This document shows, piece after piece, positions 58,453-64,000 of a stretch of DNA of 64,000 nucleotides. The DNA lies in the NCBI GenBank assembly GCA_965552055.1, contig CBEVQO010000004.1:32001-96000 (forward strand). Reading direction: 5' to 3'. A program made the position numbers and the translations under genes. Position 1 is the stretch's first letter, and each line of letters starts with the position of its first letter. Origin of the DNA: an uncultured bacterium (lineage in GTDB: Bacteria; Hydrothermota; UBA3073; NMUJ01; CBEVQO01). The notes beneath the pieces were generated by a model that was not told the origin of the DNA, made no database searches, and saw only the letters and a program-made list of their open reading frames with translations.

Positions 58453-59565
58453 ATGATGAATATGATTATTTTCATTCTGGTTTTGCAGATTGCACCACCT
58501 GAATCTTTGAAAGCTTATGATACGCCTGCTGATGATGGAACATCTATAACACTTGAATGGAAGCTATCACCTGATGATGCTAAAATTCAGGGATATGAGA
58601 TTTACAGGGCATCAGAAGATAATCCTGATGAATTTATTTTTGTGAAATTTGTTCCAAATGGTGTGAATAAAACACAGGATAAAGATACTGCTTTTGTAGC
58701 TGGCAAAAAATATTTTTATAAAATAAGGGCAAGGGGAGAGGGAGAAATTTATTCTGGTTTTACAAATGTTGCAGTGGCGATTCCCCGTCCCCAATGGTTT
58801 AATGTAAAGCTTGTAAATGTTCTTGTTGCCACTTTGCTTTATACTTTTATAATAGTGTTTTTCATAAGGGCAGCTCGCAGAGGCGTTAAGCTATTTATAA
58901 GGAGGATACCGGGATTGGATGCTCTTGAAGAGGCAGTGGGAAGGGCTACGGAGATGGGCAAACCTGTTCTCTTTGTCCCGGGTATATCCTCAATCTCTGA
59001 TATTGCCACTATTGCTGCTTTAAATATACTGGGAAGGGTTGCTAAAAAGACAGCAGAATATGAGACAAGATTGATAGTGCCAAATATAGACCCCATTGTT
59101 ATGACAGTGGCTCAGGAAGTTGTTAGGCAGGCGTATACTGAGGCAGGCAGACCCGACATTTATAGAAAGGAAGATATATTTTTCTTAACGAGCTCACAAT
59201 TTGCTTATGCTGCGGGTGTAGACGGTATAATGATGAGGGAGCGTCCAGCTACGAATCTTTTCATGGGTTGGTTTGCAGCAGAATCATTAATCCTTGCGGA
59301 AGCAGGCAATATGACGGGTGCAATACAGATTGCAGGAACTGATTCTACAGACCAGTTGCCATTCTTCATTGTTTCCTGTGATTATACAATAATGGGTGAA
59401 GAGTTATATGCTGCATCTGCCTATTTATCGCGGGAGCCACTTCTTCTTGGTACTGTAAAGGGTCAGGATTTAGGCAAAGCAATTCTGATGTTTTTGCTGG
59501 TGCTCGGAAGTATTTTTGGTTTATTTGGCAGTAAAATAATTTATAACCTGTTCAATTTGCCATGA
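58453..59565 (+). CDS. FN3 + DUF6754-like membrane protein
   Basis: FN3 (DTP.DDG.SI.L.W...YEIYR...YFYKIRA), TM helix, IRRIPGLDALEEAVGRATEMGKP, AESLILAE, GEELYAASAYLS. Confidence 0.75.
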   Translation: MMNMIIFILVLQIAPPESLKAYDTPADDGTSITLEWKLSPDDAKIQGYEIYRASEDNPDEFIFVKFVPNGVNKTQDKDTAFVAGKKYFYKIRARGEGEIYSGFTNVAVAIPRPQWFNVKLVNVLVATLLYTFIIVFFIRAARRGVKLFIRRIPGLDALEEAVGRATEMGKPVLFVPGISSISDIATIAALNILGRVAKKTAEYETRLIVPNIDPIVMTVAQEVVRQAYTEAGRPDIYRKEDIFFLTSSQFAYAAGVDGIMMRERPATNLFMGWFAAESLILAEAGNMTGAIQIAGTDSTDQLPFFIVSCDYTIMGEELYAASAYLSREPLLLGTVKGQDLGKAILMFLLVLGSIFGLFGSKIIYNLFNLP

Positions 59566-60197
59566 ACAGGAGATTGCCTTTAGCTGTCTGTTTTATTACT
59601 GGAATAATAATGCTGATACAGTTTTTTATCCCGCATCCTCTTTTCTCTAAAAAGATTTACAATGAAGCACTGAGATGGGCGATAGTTATCTCTGCATTTA
59701 CCCTGATAATAGGTATAGAGAGTTTGATAAGGCTTCATGCCAATAAGATTCGCAGAAAGGTTCCTGGCTGGGGTTATAGTGTTATTGCAATTGTTATGAT
59801 GATTTTTGTTGCGGTTGTGGGGATATGGAAGGGGATAGGTGAAGGTTCTCTTTTTATAAAGATTTTCAGATATGTGCTTGCACCTCTGAATGCCACAATG
59901 TTTTCGATGCTCGCTTTCTTTATGGCATCTGCGGCTTACAGGTCTTTCAGGGCAAGGACTCCGGAAGCAGTTTTGCTTTTATGTGTTGCACTTTTTGTGA
60001 TGTATGGAAGGGTGCCTATTGGTCACATGACCTGGGAGAAAATTCCTGATATCGTTGAGTGGATATTGAGGTATCCGAGTATGGGTGCGCAGAGGGGCAT
60101 TTTGATAGGTGTTGGTTTGGGTGTTATGGCAACATCTTTGAAGATGCTACTTGGTATTGAGCGTCAGTGGCTCGGAGGAGCAGGTGGAGGTACTTAA
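59562..60197 (+). CDS. Uncharacterised ~6-TM membrane protein
   Basis: Hydrophobic helices; TMFS.LAFF.ASAAYR.FRAR; G.ER.WLG. Confidence 0.75.
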   Translation: MNRRLPLAVCFITGIIMLIQFFIPHPLFSKKIYNEALRWAIVISAFTLIIGIESLIRLHANKIRRKVPGWGYSVIAIVMMIFVAVVGIWKGIGEGSLFIKIFRYVLAPLNATMFSMLAFFMASAAYRSFRARTPEAVLLLCVALFVMYGRVPIGHMTWEKIPDIVEWILRYPSMGAQRGILIGVGLGVMATSLKMLLGIERQWLGGAGGGT

Positions 60198-61032
60198 AAA
60201 ATTATATTATTTGCCACGCAAAGTCATATTTATACTGATTGCGGTAGCTGTGATTATTCCTTTGATTTTGAAAATCGGTCTACCTGTTAAATGGACGCCA
60301 CCCGTAGAAGCTATTTTTAATGCGATAGATACTATGCCAGATAATCAGGCTGTGCTTCTGTCGTGCGATTTCGACCCATCCACTCAACCAGAGCTTTACC
60401 CTATGGCACTTGCGATAATAAGACATTGTTTCGCAGCAAAGAAAAAATTACTGGTAATGTCATTATACCCAATGGGAGTTGGTCTGGCTGCTATGGCGCT
60501 TGAAGAAGCAAAAGAAGATTTCCCCGATGTCGAATATGGTAAAGATTATGTATTTCTGGGATATACACCGGGGACAGGCATTGTAATATTGAAAATAGGA
60601 GAAAGTATCCAGAAGACATTTGAAAGGGATTATTATGGCACTCCTTTGAACGAATTACCTTTAATGAAAAAGATAAAGAATTATGATGATATAGGGCTAG
60701 CTGTGTGTCTTACGGGTTCTGGAATATGGACTTCATGGGTTTTGTATGCAAATACCACATATAAGCAAGCACTTGCAATAGGCGTTACTGCGGTTATAGC
60801 TACGCAGGTTTATCCTTATCTTGCAACGGGACAAATAATAGGGATGATGGGAGGACTAAAAGGTGCAGCAGAATATGAGGAGTTGCTCGCATATCACGGC
60901 TATTACAATAAGAAGAGGATAGCAACAAGGGGTATGGATGCTCAAACTATCACTCACCTATTGATAATCGCAATGATAATCTTTGGCAACATAAATTATG
61001 TTATTTTAAGAAGGAGGAAAATTGTCCGTTAG
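60184..61032 (+). CDS. Uncharacterised membrane-anchored alpha/beta protein
   Basis: N- and C-terminal TM; DFDPS..PEL.P, YG.DYV.LGY.PG, G..GG.KGAAEYE, MDAQ; GTG start after GGAGGA. Confidence 0.75.
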   Translation: MEVLKKLYYLPRKVIFILIAVAVIIPLILKIGLPVKWTPPVEAIFNAIDTMPDNQAVLLSCDFDPSTQPELYPMALAIIRHCFAAKKKLLVMSLYPMGVGLAAMALEEAKEDFPDVEYGKDYVFLGYTPGTGIVILKIGESIQKTFERDYYGTPLNELPLMKKIKNYDDIGLAVCLTGSGIWTSWVLYANTTYKQALAIGVTAVIATQVYPYLATGQIIGMMGGLKGAAEYEELLAYHGYYNKKRIATRGMDAQTITHLLIIAMIIFGNINYVILRRRKIVR

Positions 61033-61654
61033 CACGGATATATGGGTGTGGATAGCTGCATTTTTGACACTCTGTATTTATTCTTTCCTTTACAGGGATA
61101 ATCCTTTCTTCAAGCTTGCTGAGCACATTTTTATAGGTGCTAGCGTTGGGTATTCGATAGCACTGACATGGCATCTTGTGGCTATACCCAAAATATATGA
61201 CCCTTTAAAAAGGGCGTTTGCATCCGGAGACCCTGCACAAATAGTTCTCGCCATAATACCCGTTTGCCTCGGAGCATTAATGTTTTCCCGGCTTTTCCCA
61301 AGGATTTCATGGCTATCACTGATACCCATGGGCTACATGATAGGTCTGGGAGCAGGCTTATCGTTACCTCGAGGCTTTCAGGCGTATATTTTCAAGCATA
61401 TACAGAATACAATACTCGTGACACCCATTACTATCAGCCAAGTGATAGCATTTATTGCAGTTATAACGACACTCACCTATTTCTTCTTCTCAGTAGAGCA
61501 TAAAGGACCTGTTCGATATGTTGCCCGTGTAGGAATTTATTTCCTTATGGCATCATTTGGAGCATCATTTGGTTATACCGTTATGGCAAGATTATCATTG
61601 CTCATTGGAAGGTTACAATTTTTGCTAAAAGACTGGTTGGGGATAATTAAATGA
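61022..61654 (+). CDS. Uncharacterised ~6-TM membrane protein
   Basis: SFLY.DNP.FK.AEHIF.G, YFFFS.EH, FGASFGYTVMAR; AGGAGG RBS. Confidence 0.75.
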   Translation: MSVSTDIWVWIAAFLTLCIYSFLYRDNPFFKLAEHIFIGASVGYSIALTWHLVAIPKIYDPLKRAFASGDPAQIVLAIIPVCLGALMFSRLFPRISWLSLIPMGYMIGLGAGLSLPRGFQAYIFKHIQNTILVTPITISQVIAFIAVITTLTYFFFSVEHKGPVRYVARVGIYFLMASFGASFGYTVMARLSLLIGRLQFLLKDWLGIIK

Positions 61655-63456
61655 AAGATTTATCCCTGACGGATTATTTCCGTGTGATAAAAAAAAGAAT
61701 ATGGTGGCTTTTTATTTTTATGATTTCCGTTCCTTTATTTTTGAAATTCACACAGAAAAAACATATTCCCTTATACAGGGCGGTTGCCAGGGTGAAAATT
61801 TTTCCCCGTCGTCCCGTTGTTACCGTATCACAGGGCGGGATAACATGGTGGGAGCAGAGACAGGGACTTGAGACCGAGATTCAAACTGTAAAAAGTTACA
61901 GAGTATTAAAACATGCTGCAAATTTACTCAACTTATTCGAAAACGCACATTCAAAATACGATAGTCTTGGGATAATAGAAAATATTAGGAGAAAAATAAG
62001 AGCATCTCAGGTTAAGAATACCGATTTTATAGAAATACAGGTTACGGATGTGAATCCGGAATTTGCTGCTTCTCTTGCCAATGCAGTTGCGCAGGCTTAC
62101 ATAAAAGAATATGTAGCAGAGAGAATAAGTTCGGAGCAAAAGCAGTTATCTTTTATTGAAGAATATTTGAAAGATGTGGAAAAGATGCTCGAAGAATATA
62201 GCAAAAGATTATCTGATTTTTACGCATCTCCGGAATATGCGAAATTAATGACAGCACAAGAAATGAGGAAAAAACTTGGAGCACTTTATCTTAAACTGGC
62301 TTCGCTTATGCAAACATATAAAGAAGGTTATCCTGAGATACAAAAAATAAAGGAAGAAATAGCGAAAATAACCGAAATTTTGAAAAATTTCCCGGGTTCC
62401 AATATAGAATATGAAAGGCTCACAAGAGATTTAGAGATAAATAAAAAAGTGTATTCGATGTTAAGGACAAAATTGATGGAAATAAAGTTACAGCAGCTTG
62501 AGAAGATAAAAGAACCTGTTCTCGCGAGTCCCGCTGTGCCACCTCGTACGCCGATAAATCCACATACAAAAATTAATCTCGCAATAGGGTTAATGGCAGG
62601 GATAATTTTAGGTATTCTGGCATGTTTTATAGCTGAAGCACTTGACCCGACATTTTCATCAGTTGAAGATATTGAAGCAAAAACAAAATTACCTATAGTG
62701 GGTGTAATACCCGAAATGGTAAGAAGTAAAGAGAAGACATTGATACCAAAGGATACCCCTGAACTGATAAAAGAGTCTTATCTGCTTTTGACAGTCAATT
62801 TAATGCCGAAGATTGAAAATACGAAACATCTTGTCATCACATCTTCCTTGCCGGGTGAGGGTAAAACAACTACTGCTTTAAATCTTGCGCTATCTATAGC
62901 GATGTATGGGAAAAAGGTTCGACTTATCGATTTTGATTTTAAAAAACCAAGTATTTATAGCATTTTCAATATTAGGGCAAATGGTGCAGAGAAAGGATGT
63001 AATATTGTTGATGTCTTGATTGCAAATCCCAGTTTAAGGAAAGATATTTTATCCCAGCCTGCTCTCTCTAACTTTTTCTTCTATGAGGCAGGGAGATATA
63101 TAAAAGATTACAGGCGCTTTATAGAATCGAAAGAATTTGAACATTTACTTATGCTTTTGTCACAAGATGTGGATATTGCGATAATTGATACCTCACCGAT
63201 TTTGACAACATCCGAAAGTTTACTTATAGCCACTAAGTTAAGAAAAGCATTGCTTGTACATAGATTGAAACATACACCAAAAACTGCTCTCGAAAGGGCA
63301 ATTTCTCTTTTAAAGAGAAATGGAGTGGAACTTGTGGGAATAACATTGAACATGATAAAACCAGATGATATTCCTTCATCTTACGGATATTACTACAAAA
63401 AATATTATAAGAAATATTACAAATACGGCTATGCTAAGAAAATGAAATGCTCTTAA
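61651..63456 (+). CDS. Wzc-like polysaccharide copolymerase / BY tyrosine kinase
   Basis: Two TM flanking a coiled coil; SS.PGEGKTT, LIDFD...P, IIDTSP; C-terminal Tyr cluster YGYYYKKYYKKYYKYGY. Confidence 0.9.
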   Translation: MKDLSLTDYFRVIKKRIWWLFIFMISVPLFLKFTQKKHIPLYRAVARVKIFPRRPVVTVSQGGITWWEQRQGLETEIQTVKSYRVLKHAANLLNLFENAHSKYDSLGIIENIRRKIRASQVKNTDFIEIQVTDVNPEFAASLANAVAQAYIKEYVAERISSEQKQLSFIEEYLKDVEKMLEEYSKRLSDFYASPEYAKLMTAQEMRKKLGALYLKLASLMQTYKEGYPEIQKIKEEIAKITEILKNFPGSNIEYERLTRDLEINKKVYSMLRTKLMEIKLQQLEKIKEPVLASPAVPPRTPINPHTKINLAIGLMAGIILGILACFIAEALDPTFSSVEDIEAKTKLPIVGVIPEMVRSKEKTLIPKDTPELIKESYLLLTVNLMPKIENTKHLVITSSLPGEGKTTTALNLALSIAMYGKKVRLIDFDFKKPSIYSIFNIRANGAEKGCNIVDVLIANPSLRKDILSQPALSNFFFYEAGRYIKDYRRFIESKEFEHLLMLLSQDVDIAIIDTSPILTTSESLLIATKLRKALLVHRLKHTPKTALERAISLLKRNGVELVGITLNMIKPDDIPSSYGYYYKKYYKKYYKYGYAKKMKCS

Positions 63457-64000
63457 TTTTTCTCCTTTTAAAAACAGTTGAATTTGGTAGAGCAGGTGAT
63501 GGTGCTGATTTTTTACCCTATACTTTTTGCTTTGATTCACTCAACAGAAAGTTCAAAATAACGGATACAGCAGAGAGGTTAATTACCAGAGATTCCGTCA
63601 CTTTCTATTATGGTAAAAAAGCAGGTTTTACAATTTATGAAGGAGATTCTGAATATATTTTAAGTAAAGGGCTTAAAATAACAGGTTTTCGTCTAACAGA
63701 TGTTAATTTTTTATCCCCTGAGATACCCGGGTTTGGAACCGTATATGTAGACCCATTGAATGGTAGATTTAAATTTTCACCGATTAAATTGTGGCAGATT
63801 CAAAAAATAGATACATCAAATTTAACTACAGAAGATATCATAATATTAAGTAATAAAGATTTATCTTTTTGTGCATTTTCAAAAACATCTGCAAAAAGAG
63901 CGAGATTCGATGCAAGGAGATATACCATTAAACAATTTCTGGAAAGAAGGATAAAATTGCCCGCAGATTTTTTATATTTTTCGGAAAAAGAAGATACATG
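63447..64000 (+). CDS. Partial hypothetical exported protein running off the window (absent from the ORF track)
   Basis: Frame from ATG 63447 (MLLIFLLLKTVEFGRAGDG...VYVDPLNGRFKF...) is open to the window end and overlaps the wzc stop. Confidence 0.7.
   Translation, partial: MLLIFLLLKTVEFGRAGDGADFLPYTFCFDSLNRKFKITDTAERLITRDSVTFYYGKKAGFTIYEGDSEYILSKGLKITGFRLTDVNFLSPEIPGFGTVYVDPLNGRFKFSPIKLWQIQKIDTSNLTTEDIIILSNKDLSFCAFSKTSAKRARFDARRYTIKQFLERRIKLPADFLYFSEKEDT

Overview
A 64-kb, AT-rich, gene-dense bacterial chromosome segment. Reverse gyrase, GyrB, an archaeal-type RtcB, a 2-oxoacid:ferredoxin oxidoreductase, a TonB receptor, a PorV-like barrel and proteins with T9SS-type C-terminal domains suggest a thermophilic, anaerobic diderm, plausibly an FCB-related candidate phylum such as WOR-3 (inference). 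Most genes are shuffled housekeeping genes (nusB, ribH, phoH, ybeY, sucD, korABCD, guaB, purF, fmt, gyrB, cinA, thyX, rarA, apt). There are two tRNA genes without encoded CCA. I see no rRNA, CRISPR array or transposase. Main oddities: (1) nearly every promoter-like site has TTGACA and a TAnnnT box separated by 15 bp rather than 17, and many appear to drive leaderless mRNAs; (2) the initiator tRNA has a U1-A72 pair, and Fmt lacks the acceptor-stem recognition loop and the catalytic Asn; (3) an uncharacterised four-gene membrane operon (FN3/DUF6754-like) coupled to a Wzc kinase, plus an orphan GlmL-like ATPase; (4) a secreted metalloprotease locus with duplicated inhibitor-like genes and a T9SS propeller; (5) an rtcB-HEPN-MNT-protease operon and two degenerate HEPN-like genes inside housekeeping operons; (6) an apt-coupled orphan BrxD-like ATPase near an ADP-ribosylhydrolase; (7) a perfect G-quadruplex motif in front of reverse gyrase. 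All family assignments come from recognising motifs by eye, not from database searches.
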